Source of the DNA: Nannocystales bacterium | GTDB lineage: Bacteria > Myxococcota_A > Polyangia > Nannocystales > Nannocystaceae | Assembly (NCBI GenBank): GCA_050633305.1 | Contig: JBOEGF010000008.1 | Span: 414,474-478,473, forward strand | Direction of reading: 5' to 3' | Length of the DNA stretch: 64,000 nt | Shown: piece by piece, positions 36,898 through 47,959 of the stretch | Layout of the letters: the number at the start of each line of letters is the position of its first letter | Position numbering within the stretch: position 1 is the first letter of the stretch | Position numbers and translations under genes: made by a program | The notes under the pieces: generated by a model | What the model was told of the DNA's origin: nothing | The model's database searches: none | The model's input: only the letters and a program-made list of their open reading frames with translations

Positions 36898-38547
36898 GTG
36901 CATGTCTGCAACCACTGCCACGCGCAAAACACACCGGGTCAATCCCAGTGCCAGCGATGCGGCGTGACCATGGCCGGTGCCGAGCGGTCCACCCAGCCGA
37001 CATCCGGCGCCTACCATGGACAGGTCCAACAAGACCCGATGATCGGGCGCTGGGTCCTGGACCAATACTTGGTACGCGCGAGGATTGGAGAGGGCGGAAT
37101 GGGTGCGGTGTACCTGGCCGAACAACCTTCGGTCGGACGCAACGCCGTCATCAAGATCGTGCACCCGTGGCTGTCGAGCGACCCAAAAATCGCGGCGCGC
37201 TTCGACACGGAAGCTCGTGCCGCAGCCCGCCTACAGAACCCCCACATCGTCTCGATCTACAACTACGGACGCCTTCCGGACCATACGCTGTTCATCGCGA
37301 TGGAGTACCTCGAAGGGTGCACGATCGCGGACCTCATGCGCTCCGAGGGTCGGCTCGACCCACACCGCGCAGTTGGCATTGCGACACAGGTCTGTGAAGC
37401 CCTTCAAGAGGCCCATCGGCGCGGCGTCGTGCACCGCGACCTCACCCCCAACAACCTGATGCTGGTGGCACGCCGAGGCGGGCCGGACTTCGTGAAGGTG
37501 CTGGACTTTGGCGTCGCCAAGCTCGGCGGCGCTGAAGCGACCGGGGGCCGCGGCGCGGTGGGAACGCCGGGGTACATGGCGCCCGAGCAGCTACGGGACG
37601 ACCCCGTCGATGGTCGCGCGGACATCTACGCCCTCGCGCACATCTTGTACGAGATGTTGACCGGACGTGCCGCGTTCGAGGCGAGCTCCCCTGCCGCACT
37701 GCTCAACAAACACCTCAACGAGTTGCCCCGGCCGATGAGGGCCGCGGCACCAGGACTCGAGATCAACCCGGGGCTGGAGGCGTGCGTGATGCGAGGCCTC
37801 GCCAAGCACCCCTACCAACGACCTCAGGACGCGGACACGTTCGCCGAAGAGTTGTGGACGACCATGATGGGGACGCGGATGTTCGCCGCCCCCATCGAGG
37901 CTTCGGCCCAGGCGCCACGCAACGGGGTCAGCGCGCGAGTCCTTGCGATGTCGATTGCAACCGCGGTGGTCTTGATGGGCTCGGCTATCGCGGGCGGCTA
38001 CATGCTGTTGACACGTCAGCCGAGCGACGCGACGGCATCCGCCGACCCGCCCCAATTCAACAACACCCCGCGACCCGTTCCCACCGCCGGACTTCAACCT
38101 CCGAGTCCGGCAAAACAGGCGCTCATGCTGCACCCCGTTGCAGACCTCGAAGCGGAGCTTGAACGCGTCACGCTGCTCAGCGGGCTTCCCCGCAACTCGA
38201 TCGATCTCTCGATCGCCGAGTACCATCGGGCGGCGTCGGACCCTCCCCCAGGCGCAGACCCCGAGACGCACCGGAAGTCACTTCTGGCGGGGCTAATTCT
38301 GCAGTGGCGCGCCGCACAATCCGACACGCTAAAAACGGACCGCGACATCGACGAACTCGAAGCGGTTTTTCTGATGATGCGGAGCCCGTTTGACGTCAAA
38401 ACACGCCAGCGCATGCTCGTCGAACTCAAGAAGGCGACGGCCAAAGAGCCGGACCCCGAGCGTGCAGTCAAGCGCAAACTGCTGGAATGGATCGCGACGT
38501 TTGGGGATGCCCCTGACGATGAAGACCCCCTCGTCATGGACGAGTAG
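36898..38547 (+). CDS. Ser/Thr kinase with N-terminal zinc ribbon, TM and helical C-terminal domain
   Basis: CNHC...CQRC, IGEGGMGAVY, HRDLTPNN, DFGVAK, GTPGYMAPE. Confidence 0.93.
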   Translation: MHVCNHCHAQNTPGQSQCQRCGVTMAGAERSTQPTSGAYHGQVQQDPMIGRWVLDQYLVRARIGEGGMGAVYLAEQPSVGRNAVIKIVHPWLSSDPKIAARFDTEARAAARLQNPHIVSIYNYGRLPDHTLFIAMEYLEGCTIADLMRSEGRLDPHRAVGIATQVCEALQEAHRRGVVHRDLTPNNLMLVARRGGPDFVKVLDFGVAKLGGAEATGGRGAVGTPGYMAPEQLRDDPVDGRADIYALAHILYEMLTGRAAFEASSPAALLNKHLNELPRPMRAAAPGLEINPGLEACVMRGLAKHPYQRPQDADTFAEELWTTMMGTRMFAAPIEASAQAPRNGVSARVLAMSIATAVVLMGSAIAGGYMLLTRQPSDATASADPPQFNNTPRPVPTAGLQPPSPAKQALMLHPVADLEAELERVTLLSGLPRNSIDLSIAEYHRAASDPPPGADPETHRKSLLAGLILQWRAAQSDTLKTDRDIDELEAVFLMMRSPFDVKTRQRMLVELKKATAKEPDPERAVKRKLLEWIATFGDAPDDEDPLVMDE

Positions 38548-38607
38548 CCACTTTCATCCTCTGCGAGCCACTGGGCCCGACCCGTTCCTTGGGCGATACT
38601 CCGGGCT

Positions 38608-41106
38608 GTGAGCGACGCCACCAAGTCGAAGTCCGACGTCCGCATCGAGGTCGAAGACGACCGTACCGGCATGAACCCGGTCACGCTCGAGCGGGCCGTG
38701 CTCGACCACCTCAACTACACGGTCCTCAAAGACGCCCGGTCGGCATCGCTACCGGACGTCTACACAGCCGTGGCCCATGCGGTCCGCGACCGACTTGTCC
38801 AACGGTGGATTCAGACGCAGCGCGCCTACTACGACCAAGACGTCAAGCGTGTCTACTACCTCTCGGCCGAGTTCCTGATGGGACGAGCCTTGGGCAACAA
38901 CCTGATGAACCTCGGGTTGTGGGACACGATCAAGGACCTGCTTGGCTCCCACGGCGTCGAGCTTCAGCACCTGCTCGAGAGCGAGCACGACCCCGGCCTC
39001 GGGAACGGTGGCTTGGGTCGACTCGCGGCGTGCTTCCTCGACTCGATGGCGACGCTGGGAATCCCCGGTGTCGGGTACGGCATTCGCTACGAGTTCGGCA
39101 TCTTCGAGCAGCGGATCCAAGATGGCTGGCAAGTCGAGAAAGCCGATGCCTGGCTTCGGCACGGCTACCCCTGGGAGGTCGCCCGCGTGTCGTACCGGGT
39201 TCCCGTGCAGCTGTACGGCCGCGTCGAGACGACGACCGATGAACACGGCGCCCACCAATCGCGATGGGTCGACGCCCAAACCGTGCTCGGTGTCCCCTAC
39301 GACGTGCCCGTGGCCGGATACGGCAACAACACAGTCAACACGCTCCGCCTGTGGCGGGCCCGTGCCAGCTCCAACTTCAACCTCGGCGTGTTCAACGATG
39401 GCGACTATCGACGCGCCGTCCAGGAGAAGGCCGACGGAGAGACCATCTCGAAGGTGCTCTACCCCGACGATCGCTCCGCCGAAGGCCGCGAGCTTCGCCT
39501 CAAGCAGCAGTACTTCTTCACCTGCTGCTCGATCGCCGACATCCTGCGGCGCTACAGCAAGCGGCACGACACGTTCGACGCCCTGCCGGACAAGGTCGCC
39601 ATTCAGCTCAACGACACCCACCCCGCGATCGCGGTCGCCGAACTCATGCGGGTGTTGGTCGACCAGAACGGGGTGCCCTGGGAGCGCGCCTGGGACATCA
39701 CGCGGCACACCATCGCGTACACGAACCACACCCTGCTGCCCGAGGCCCTCGAGACCTGGCCCCGCAGTTTGTTCGAACGACTCCTGCCGCGCCACCTGCA
39801 GATCATCGAAGAGATCGACCGTCGGTTCCGTCGCGAGATTCAAATCTTCGACCCGCAGGACCTCGATCGCGTCGGCCGCATGTCGATCGTCTCCGAAGGC
39901 GAAGACCCCGACATCCGAATGGCCCACCTCGCCGTCGCCGGCTCTCACAGTGTCAACGGCGTGGCCGCCCTGCACTCCGAGCTGCTGCGTACGCGCGTGC
40001 TCAAGGACTTCGCGGACGTGTGGCCGCACAAGTTCAACAACAAGACCAACGGCGTCACCCCACGGCGCTGGATCCTGCTTGCCAACCCCAAGCTCTCCGA
40101 GTCCATCAGCTCGCGCATCGGCAAGGAGTGGGTCACCGACCTCGACCAGCTGGAGAAGCTCAAGCCCTTCGCGGACGACCCCGAGTTTCACCAGGAGCTC
40201 CGGACGATCAAGCGAGCCAACAAGCAGGACCTGGCCAAGCTCATCTACGAACGCCACGACCTCGAGGTCTCGCCGGACTCGATCTTCGACGTTCAGATCA
40301 AGCGTCTCCACGAGTACAAGCGGCAACTGCTCAACTGTCTTCAGATCGTCGCCCACTACCAGCGGCTCAAGGCGAACCCCGGTCTCGAGGTCCAACCGCG
40401 GACGTTCATCTTTGGCGGCAAAGCGGCGCCTGGCTATGTCAAAGCCAAGATGCACATCAAGCTGATCAACGATGTGGCCGCGACGATCAACGCGGACCCC
40501 GCGATGCACGGCAAGCTGAAGGTCGTGTTCCTGGCCAACTACTCCGTGTCCTTGGCCCAACAGATCATTCCGGCCACGGATGTCTCCGAGCAGGTTTCGA
40601 TGGCAGGCAAGGAAGCGTCGGGCACCGGGAACATGAAGTTCGCGATGAATGGAGCGCTCACCTGCGGCACCCTCGACGGCGCCAACGTCGAGATCCGGGA
40701 GGCCGTCGGCGAGGACAACTTCTTCTTGTTCGGGCTCGATGCAGCGCAAGCCCGCGCAAAGAAGGAAAACTACAACCCGCGGGCGGAGATCGAGAAGAGC
40801 GACCGGCTTCGAGGTGTGCTCGAACTGATCGCCTCGGGCTTCTTCTCCCCCGACGACCCCAAGCGCTTCGACCCGGTCCTGCACGACCTGTGGCACCAAG
40901 ACCCGTACTTGGTCTGCGCCGACTTCGACAGCTACTGCAACGTGCAGGAACGGCTGGGCGAAACCTACGCGGATGCCGATCGCTGGGCCACGATGGTCGT
41001 GCACAACCTCGCGAACGTCGGCCGCTTCTCGAGCGACCGCACCATCGCGCAGTACGCGGAAGACATCTGGGGCGCCAAGCCCGTCGCCGTGGAGCTTGCT
41101 CGGTGA
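38608..41106 (+). CDS. glgP: Glycogen/starch phosphorylase
   Basis: GLGNGGLGRLAACF, QLNDTHP, YTNHT, KRLHEYKRQ, EASGTGNMKF. Confidence 0.98.
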   Translation: MSDATKSKSDVRIEVEDDRTGMNPVTLERAVLDHLNYTVLKDARSASLPDVYTAVAHAVRDRLVQRWIQTQRAYYDQDVKRVYYLSAEFLMGRALGNNLMNLGLWDTIKDLLGSHGVELQHLLESEHDPGLGNGGLGRLAACFLDSMATLGIPGVGYGIRYEFGIFEQRIQDGWQVEKADAWLRHGYPWEVARVSYRVPVQLYGRVETTTDEHGAHQSRWVDAQTVLGVPYDVPVAGYGNNTVNTLRLWRARASSNFNLGVFNDGDYRRAVQEKADGETISKVLYPDDRSAEGRELRLKQQYFFTCCSIADILRRYSKRHDTFDALPDKVAIQLNDTHPAIAVAELMRVLVDQNGVPWERAWDITRHTIAYTNHTLLPEALETWPRSLFERLLPRHLQIIEEIDRRFRREIQIFDPQDLDRVGRMSIVSEGEDPDIRMAHLAVAGSHSVNGVAALHSELLRTRVLKDFADVWPHKFNNKTNGVTPRRWILLANPKLSESISSRIGKEWVTDLDQLEKLKPFADDPEFHQELRTIKRANKQDLAKLIYERHDLEVSPDSIFDVQIKRLHEYKRQLLNCLQIVAHYQRLKANPGLEVQPRTFIFGGKAAPGYVKAKMHIKLINDVAATINADPAMHGKLKVVFLANYSVSLAQQIIPATDVSEQVSMAGKEASGTGNMKFAMNGALTCGTLDGANVEIREAVGEDNFFLFGLDAAQARAKKENYNPRAEIEKSDRLRGVLELIASGFFSPDDPKRFDPVLHDLWHQDPYLVCADFDSYCNVQERLGETYADADRWATMVVHNLANVGRFSSDRTIAQYAEDIWGAKPVAVELAR

Positions 41107-41163
41107 GATTCGTTCCACCCCAGCTTGCGTCCTCGCCTGCGCGGCGGTAAACCGCCCGGCTCC

Positions 41164-42462
41164 ATGCACGTCGGTATCGACTTCGGCACATCCAATACCG
41201 CGGTCGCTCTCGCGGAAGCGGGAGGCGACGTGCGCTTCTTGGAGTTCTCGTTGCTAGGCGCAACGACGCAGAGCTTCCGAAGCCTGCTGTACTTCGACCC
41301 CGAAGAGCAGGACGTCCGGACCTCGATCAACTTTCACGCCGGAACCGGCGCGATCGAGGCGTATCTCGAAGCCATGGGCGAGGGCCGGCTGGTCCAGTCG
41401 TTCAAGACGCACCTCACGACCGAGTCGCTGGGTCGCACGCAGATCGGCCATCACGCCATCTCGCTGGACGACATGTTGATGCTGTTCTTCTCTCGGCTCC
41501 GCGAGCACATCACGGAGGCTTGGGGGGAGACGCCCGACGAGGTCACGCTGGGTCGGCCCGTGCGGTTCGCGGGCGCGGATGACGATGCAGGCAGCCTCGC
41601 AGCTCAAGCCAGGCTCGAAGCTGCGGCGCAGCGCAGCGGGTTCAAGACCGTCGGCTTCGAACTCGAACCCATCGCAGCGGCGTACCACTACGAACGCATG
41701 CTCGACAAACCCGAGCTTGCGCTGGTCGCTGACTTCGGGGGCGGCACCACCGACTTCTGTTTGATGCGCCTGGGTGGCCCCCGCTCCGGCCGCGGCCGCC
41801 GAGACGACATCGTCGCGACCGGCGGTGTCGGTGTCGCCGGGGACGACCTCGATGCGGCCATCATCGAGCACGTCGTGTCCCCTGAGCTGGGCAAGGGCAC
41901 CCGCTACCGCGAGATGGGGCGCGAGAAAGCCGTCCCCAGCTCCTACTATTACAAGCTCTCGAGATGGCACCACCTCTCGTTCCTCCGCGGCAAACGGGTC
42001 CGCGCCGAGCTCGAGCGTCTTCATCGCGCGGCGCTGGAACCCGAGAAGATCGAGGCGTTCATCCACGTGCTCGAGAACAACCAGGGGTTTCATCTGCACA
42101 AGGCTGTCGAGCGGCTGAAGATCGCCCTGTCGGAGGAGGAGGAGGCCTCGTTCCGGTTCGACGACGACCCCGTCGAGATTGAAACCCGTGTGCAACGGAC
42201 GGACTTCGAGCGCTGGATCGAGCCCTGTGTTTCGGCGATCACGACCGGTCTCGACGAAACGCTCGCCCACGCCGGCCTTGCCCCAGACGCGGTCGACCGC
42301 GTGTTCATGACCGGCGGTACTGCGTTCGTTCCGTGTGTGCGGCGGCAGTTCGAGCAGCGTTTCGGTGCAGAGAAGCTCAGCGGCGGCGACGAGCTCATGT
42401 CGATCGCTTCGGGACTGGCCGTCCGCGAGGGCACGCAAGACTCCGCCGCGTCCGCCGAGTAG
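41164..42462 (+). CDS. Hsp70-family protein (YegD-like, no substrate-binding lid)
   Basis: GIDFGTSN, GRPVRF, EPIAAA, DFGGGTTDF, TGG. Confidence 0.92.
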   Translation: MHVGIDFGTSNTAVALAEAGGDVRFLEFSLLGATTQSFRSLLYFDPEEQDVRTSINFHAGTGAIEAYLEAMGEGRLVQSFKTHLTTESLGRTQIGHHAISLDDMLMLFFSRLREHITEAWGETPDEVTLGRPVRFAGADDDAGSLAAQARLEAAAQRSGFKTVGFELEPIAAAYHYERMLDKPELALVADFGGGTTDFCLMRLGGPRSGRGRRDDIVATGGVGVAGDDLDAAIIEHVVSPELGKGTRYREMGREKAVPSSYYYKLSRWHHLSFLRGKRVRAELERLHRAALEPEKIEAFIHVLENNQGFHLHKAVERLKIALSEEEEASFRFDDDPVEIETRVQRTDFERWIEPCVSAITTGLDETLAHAGLAPDAVDRVFMTGGTAFVPCVRRQFEQRFGAEKLSGGDELMSIASGLAVREGTQDSAASAE

Positions 42463-42468
42463 CGCGGC

Positions 42469-44922
42469 TCAGGCCGGCGGGGTGCACTCCAAGATCTCAA
42501 CCTGGTCGGTGTTGTTCTCCGTGTTGCACTCGACCGTGAGTGCGCCGCCCATCCCGTCGTCGTTGACGACCATGGTGATCACACCGTTGATCTCGTCGCC
42601 GATCTGGCAGGAGACCTCGCGGCACTCCGCCACCGGGACAGGCTCCGCCGTGTACGCGACACAAAGCACGGGCCCTGTGTTGTCCTCGCCCTGATAGAAG
42701 GCCGCAGGGAGAGCGGCCGCGACCGGCTTGAGTCCACGGTTGCAAACGGTGCCTTCGAGCACGATGTCCGCGCCCTCGAACGTGCAGGCGGTCTCGTCCA
42801 GCTTCCCGGTGATGTCCGGCAGGTCCTCCGCGGACGAAGCCCCCTGCCGGTTTTGCCGGTAGTTGTTCAGATCCGGGTCGGTGAAGTTCTGGGGCCATGC
42901 GCCGGCCGCAGGTACCGTGAGGTCGTCGTTCACGTTGGTGATCGAGTATGCGTGTTGGTTCCACATCGGCCGTGAACTCGCCCAACGGTCGAGCCGGTCA
43001 CGGAGGACCCGGACGCCTGTGATCGCGATGTCCGGGGGGTGCACAGCGCGGCACGTGTTGCCACTGCCCGCGGTGCCCGGAAGCGGAGGCTGACAGCTGT
43101 GCCCCTCGAGACACTCCGCATCCGTGGAACAACGGCAAAAGCCCTCGTCGCAGGTTCCCAACCCGCAGCCCGTATCGTCCTCGCACCGCAGACCGCGATG
43201 GATCGGGTCGATCTCCGGGCAGGTCACGTTGCAGTTGGTGTTGGACCCGACCAGAATCTCGGTGTTCTCGTCGAGGTCCGGGTCGGCCACGATCGGGTTC
43301 TCGTACCAGGTGCATGAGGTTCGTGCGGACGAGTACAGCACCTCCCCGGAGTCACCTTCGTACACGCGGACGAAGCACTCGTCTCCGTAGACAGCTTCCG
43401 CCTGACCGTCCCCTTCGAAGTCGAAGATCGAAGATCCCGTCCGAGACGATGAGGCATCCTGTGATGGCTGCGTCCAGCGGATGAAGTTTCCGCCGCAACC
43501 CGCGACCGTCCCGGCGCAGTCGAGATCGTAGACCAAGAACGCGGTCCCACCAGCAGCGGCGATCTCGGGCAAACCATCGTTGTCGAAGTCACCGACGGTC
43601 GGCGGCCCGCCTCCGGCGATCGGTGCAGACAGCAGCTGTTGTCCGTCGAGCGTATGCAGGTACACCGTGCCCGACACGACGGTGACGATCTCGGCAACGC
43701 CGTCCAACGTCCCATCATCGAAAGCGTCCGGCGTGGCTCCCGGGGTTCCGAAGTCGGCGAACCCGTAGTGCTGTCCCGCGGGCCCTCCTTCGTACTCCAA
43801 GACCCACTGCGAGGTCGCGAGTTCCCACTGGTAGACGTCGTCGGCGACAAGCTCAACTTCACCGTCCACGTCGACATCCCCCAGCACGCTGATCACCCCA
43901 GGGCTGAGATAGGCGAAGGTTTGGCCCGCGTTGAGGCGCGTCCCATCCAGGCCCGAGAACACCTCGCCGCCGGATATGACCTCAGGGAACATGTCGCCGT
44001 CGAGGTCGTGCACCGACGGGCCATCCCAGCGGTTGACGGCCGAGTATCCCGAGTCCGTGGTCGTCCACCACGTCTCGTAGGACGCCCCGTTCCACTTGTA
44101 GGCCACCAACCCGCTCACGCCTCGCTGGGCGATCAGCTCGGGCGTTCCGTCCGCATCCAGATCTGCGATCGCCGGAGGCGACGCGGCGATCGCCGGATGG
44201 GCGGGGTCGTGAATCGATTCGAGGACTTCACACGTCTGCCCGTTGAGGATCCTGATGACACCGAACAGTGTCGGGTCTGCACCCGCGGCCGCTCCCGTGC
44301 CGCCGTCGGTCCCGTTGTAGGTCACGATGACGATCTCCGCGGCCGCCCCCGACTCGTTGGGAAGCTGTGCGACCAACGGGGTCGTCAGGACGTTGGCGTG
44401 ATCTGGAAAGCCGTCGCCCTCGGCGGGCGACAACCACTCGCACTGCACGCTCGGCTCGAACAACCCGATGACCACCTCCTGCGTGCACTCTTCGTTGACG
44501 TCCCCGCGCGGACCCTTACCGTACGGAATGCACCAGCCGCCCCCTTCCTCCTCGGGCAAGCATCCCTCCGCGCAGCAATACGTGTCGCCATCGCAGTCGG
44601 TGTCGTCGGTGCACTCGCCGTCGGTGGGCACACACTCGCTCGCCGCGCACGCTTGCCCTTCGGGACACTGAGCGGTGTTGAGACACGCCTGGCCGGAGAC
44701 CCCAGTGCTTCCCTCGCCGGGGTCGATGCCACCGGTGCTGCTGCCATCCATCTCAGATCCCGCCGTGGACTCGGACGACCCCGCCACTGAGGTACTTCCG
44801 GCTGTCGTCAACGGCGGGCCGTCGGAGGTTGCGGTCTCCTCAGCGGCGGAACCACCGCATCCTACGCTGAGGGCCAAGAGCCAAGTCGAAGACGCGGAGA
44901 GGGCTTGAAGCGAACGTGCCAT
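42469..44922 (-). CDS. FG-GAP/VCBS repeat lipoprotein with Cys-rich and CARDB-like domains
   Basis: LSVGC lipobox, DLDADGTPE / DFDNDGLPE / DFEGDGQAE repeats, WNQHAYSITN. Confidence 0.88.
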   Translation of the reverse strand: MARSLQALSASSTWLLALSVGCGGSAAEETATSDGPPLTTAGSTSVAGSSESTAGSEMDGSSTGGIDPGEGSTGVSGQACLNTAQCPEGQACAASECVPTDGECTDDTDCDGDTYCCAEGCLPEEEGGGWCIPYGKGPRGDVNEECTQEVVIGLFEPSVQCEWLSPAEGDGFPDHANVLTTPLVAQLPNESGAAAEIVIVTYNGTDGGTGAAAGADPTLFGVIRILNGQTCEVLESIHDPAHPAIAASPPAIADLDADGTPELIAQRGVSGLVAYKWNGASYETWWTTTDSGYSAVNRWDGPSVHDLDGDMFPEVISGGEVFSGLDGTRLNAGQTFAYLSPGVISVLGDVDVDGEVELVADDVYQWELATSQWVLEYEGGPAGQHYGFADFGTPGATPDAFDDGTLDGVAEIVTVVSGTVYLHTLDGQQLLSAPIAGGGPPTVGDFDNDGLPEIAAAGGTAFLVYDLDCAGTVAGCGGNFIRWTQPSQDASSSRTGSSIFDFEGDGQAEAVYGDECFVRVYEGDSGEVLYSSARTSCTWYENPIVADPDLDENTEILVGSNTNCNVTCPEIDPIHRGLRCEDDTGCGLGTCDEGFCRCSTDAECLEGHSCQPPLPGTAGSGNTCRAVHPPDIAITGVRVLRDRLDRWASSRPMWNQHAYSITNVNDDLTVPAAGAWPQNFTDPDLNNYRQNRQGASSAEDLPDITGKLDETACTFEGADIVLEGTVCNRGLKPVAAALPAAFYQGEDNTGPVLCVAYTAEPVPVAECREVSCQIGDEINGVITMVVNDDGMGGALTVECNTENNTDQVEILECTPPA

Positions 44923-45057
44923 GCGGGTACAGGGGGGACAGCTCCCGCCCCTTAGACACCCGATTGCGCCGTTCATCCGGGAATACCGGCGCCCGAGTCA
45001 GTCCTGCGCGTCGATGCTTTGACAGGAGCGTCCCCGGGGCGCACGCTCCGAACACAG

Positions 45058-46386
45058 ATGTCGGAAAAACCCGCCACAAAGGGGCGGCGCCTGTTCAAGC
45101 TCGCCAGCATGACCGCTCAGGTCGCCGGCGGATACGCAAAGAACCGCATCAAGTCGGTCTTTCAGAGCGAAGAGGCCTCAGCCGAAGACCAGGCCCACAT
45201 GTACGAGAAGTCGGGCGAGGTCATCGCCAAGACGCTCGGCGAGCTCAAAGGCGCGGTCATGAAGGTCGGGCAGATGGCGTCGGTCGCCGCCGATATCCTG
45301 CCCAAGGAGGTCCAAGAGGCTCTCACGAGTCTCCAGCGCGAAGCCCCGCCCATGCCGTTCGAGGTGATCGCCGACCAGATCGAGTCCGAGTTTTCGGCCG
45401 ATCCGCAGACGTTGTTCCAGAGCTTCGACCGCGTTCCGTTCGCCTCCGCATCCATCGGCCAAGTTCACCGCGCGGTCACCGACGACGGACGCGAAGTCGT
45501 CGTCAAGGTGCAGTACCCCGGAGTCGACGGTGCGGTCGATTCCGACCTCGCGCACCTCAAGCTCGCTCTGCGCGCCAGCGGCCTGGTGCGGGTCCCCAAG
45601 AAGTCGCTCGATGCGGTGTTCAAGGAACTCAAGGCGCGACTCCACGAAGAGCTCGACTACACCAACGAAGCCGACAACGTCCGTTTCTTCTTCGAGCACT
45701 ACAAGAACAACCCCCGCGTCATCGTCCCCGAGGTGGTGGGTGAGCGCAGCTCTGGCCGCGTGCTCACCCTGACCTACGAACCCGGGGACCACCTCGATGA
45801 AGCCAGGCACTACCCCCAAGAGACCCGCGACGAGATCGCGTACCACCTCTTCGACGTCGTCGCCGAGCAAGCCTTCGACCTGCAGGTCATTCACGCCGAC
45901 CCGAACCCGGCGAACTTCGCATTCCGTCGCGACGGGTCAATCGTCTTATACGACTTTGGGTGCGTCAAAACCCTCGATCCGCAGATTGTCGAGGCCTACT
46001 TGTTCTCGGTCCGAGCCAGCCTCGATGAGCGATACGAAGACCTCGACGCAGGCATGGTTCGCCTCGGTGCGCGCAACCTCGACGGAGCGCACGTCCCCCC
46101 GAACTACTACAAGGTCTGGCGCGACATCTTTGCCAAGCCGTTCCTTGGCACCTTCAACTTCGGCGAGGCCCAGCTTCAGCGAGAGGCGATGAAGCATGTG
46201 CCGGGATTCATGGCCAAGTACATGACCTCGTTTCAGCCCCCGCCGGAGCTCGTGTTCCTCGACCGGGTGGTGGTCGGTCACTACGGCACGTTGCGGAGAC
46301 TCGGGGCCGAGGTCGACTTTCAGCCCAAGCTCGCCGCCTATCTCGAGCGAGCCCAAACCTCCGCCTCTGCGCTCGGCCCCGCATAA
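45058..46386 (+). CDS. ABC1/UbiB/AarF family atypical kinase
   Basis: LKGAVMKVGQ, ASASIGQVH, VKVQYPG, EELDY, HADPNPAN, DFGC. Confidence 0.94.
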   Translation: MSEKPATKGRRLFKLASMTAQVAGGYAKNRIKSVFQSEEASAEDQAHMYEKSGEVIAKTLGELKGAVMKVGQMASVAADILPKEVQEALTSLQREAPPMPFEVIADQIESEFSADPQTLFQSFDRVPFASASIGQVHRAVTDDGREVVVKVQYPGVDGAVDSDLAHLKLALRASGLVRVPKKSLDAVFKELKARLHEELDYTNEADNVRFFFEHYKNNPRVIVPEVVGERSSGRVLTLTYEPGDHLDEARHYPQETRDEIAYHLFDVVAEQAFDLQVIHADPNPANFAFRRDGSIVLYDFGCVKTLDPQIVEAYLFSVRASLDERYEDLDAGMVRLGARNLDGAHVPPNYYKVWRDIFAKPFLGTFNFGEAQLQREAMKHVPGFMAKYMTSFQPPPELVFLDRVVVGHYGTLRRLGAEVDFQPKLAAYLERAQTSASALGPA

Positions 46387-46423
46387 GCCCCTGCTCGCCT
46401 TCGACGACCGCCGCGCTGACGCC

Positions 46424-47959
46424 TCACTCGCAGGCGTCGGCGCCCACCGTCGTGGGATCGCCCCGCATGGCGCCATCCATGTCGGTCGAGACTTCGGGAT
46501 GTCGCGCGACGGTGTCGACCGACGCGCACCGGCTCAGGTGCAGGTCCCCCGCAGGTGCGTCGACAAACCATCCATCCTCACCGGCCTGTAGGTTGCCGAC
46601 GTCGGCAAACTCGGCGCCATCCCGGCTCCGAATCTGACGATTGCTCAGGTTGCCGTGCAACGTCATATCGCTGGTCTCGCCCCAGCGAATCTCGATGCCC
46701 GAGCCATAGGCGGCCGGGTCGCTCATGAACACGGTGTTGTGGGCGACGACCATGTCTACGCCCCGTTCGATGATGATGCCAACGTCGTGCTCTCGGCTTC
46801 CGGGGTGCTCAGAGAACACGGTGTTGTTGATGACCCGGGTTCCGTAGACCGTGTCGACCAGACCGATGCCGATGCCGCGTGCACTGTTGAGGATGCGATT
46901 TCCGGCGATCATGTGGCCCGTCCCGGATTCGCTGTCCCACATGTGAATGGCGTGCTCGGACAACCCGCCTGTGTACGTCATGTTTCCGCGGAGCTCGGGG
47001 AATCGGCCGTGCGCCGGCCGGGGCACACCGTCCGCCGTGCAGTAGATGCCGTCGAACAGGTTGTCGTGGACGTTCCAATCGCGTGCGTTGTGGGTGTCGA
47101 TGCCGCCGGTGTAGCAAGTGGTGTTTCCGGCTGCGTCCCCATACCCCCAGACGTTGTCGCGCCCCTCGTTCGACATCAGGAACTGGCTGCACGAGATCTC
47201 GACATCATCCACCGACCCGTTGTCGACACTGGACTTCAAGAACTGCTGGCCTCCATCGAGCATGTGCACGTTGTGTACGATCGCAGCATCCCCGTCGGCC
47301 CAGATGTGGATCAGGTGAAACACGGAGCGCTGCACGGTGAGGTCGGCGACCACAACCCCGCTCGCTGCGATGGTTACAGGCGCACTGCCGTTGCCATGGG
47401 AACGGTAGGCCCCGTCGATCACGACAGCCTCAGCATCCCCGCTTTGTGAACGAAGGGTCACATCGGGGGTCGTGATGTAGATGCCTGAGTAGCCCCCCGC
47501 GTCCGCGTCGGGGAGAACGTAGGTCCCGTCCGCGAGCAGCACGGTGTCCCCGGCGCTTGCGGAGGAGACAGCTTGCCGCAGACTCATCTCGCCCACGCCT
47601 TCGACCATCACGACACCATCGCCGACCGAAGACACGAGAATCTCCGCGCCCTTGCGAACCGGAAGCTCGACGTCGTCACACGACGCGGGTGGCTCGATCG
47701 GCGGTCCACCGGTCGGGTCATCCGAGTCGCCGGTCGAGTCCTCCGCGCCGTCCGTTTCGGAAACTCCGCCCGTGCTTTCGTCGGTCGTCGGATCGGAGCC
47801 GCTGCTCCCGCCATCGGTGCCCTCGATTCCGGTGGCACCGTTCCCGGTCTCGGTCCCCTCGGAGGACTCGGTCGCGGCCCCGAACGAGGCCTCTTCGGCA
47901 TCGTCACCGCCGCACGCGACCATCGAGACAACCCACAACACCAACGCGGTCCGCTGCAT
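46424..47959 (-). CDS. Right-handed beta-helix lipoprotein
   Basis: MVAC lipobox, S/T/G linker, GDTVLLADGTY, repeated beta-helix rungs. Confidence 0.82.
   Translation of the reverse strand: MQRTALVLWVVSMVACGGDDAEEASFGAATESSEGTETGNGATGIEGTDGGSSGSDPTTDESTGGVSETDGAEDSTGDSDDPTGGPPIEPPASCDDVELPVRKGAEILVSSVGDGVVMVEGVGEMSLRQAVSSASAGDTVLLADGTYVLPDADAGGYSGIYITTPDVTLRSQSGDAEAVVIDGAYRSHGNGSAPVTIAASGVVVADLTVQRSVFHLIHIWADGDAAIVHNVHMLDGGQQFLKSSVDNGSVDDVEISCSQFLMSNEGRDNVWGYGDAAGNTTCYTGGIDTHNARDWNVHDNLFDGIYCTADGVPRPAHGRFPELRGNMTYTGGLSEHAIHMWDSESGTGHMIAGNRILNSARGIGIGLVDTVYGTRVINNTVFSEHPGSREHDVGIIIERGVDMVVAHNTVFMSDPAAYGSGIEIRWGETSDMTLHGNLSNRQIRSRDGAEFADVGNLQAGEDGWFVDAPAGDLHLSRCASVDTVARHPEVSTDMDGAMRGDPTTVGADACE

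Noticed and set aside
38749..41169. 806-aa antisense ORF over glgP, and similar long ORFs (212..1702, 21939..23720, 29749..31302, 39264..41150)
   Set aside because: Shadow ORFs expected from high-GC codon bias; no motifs and they fully overlap well-supported genes
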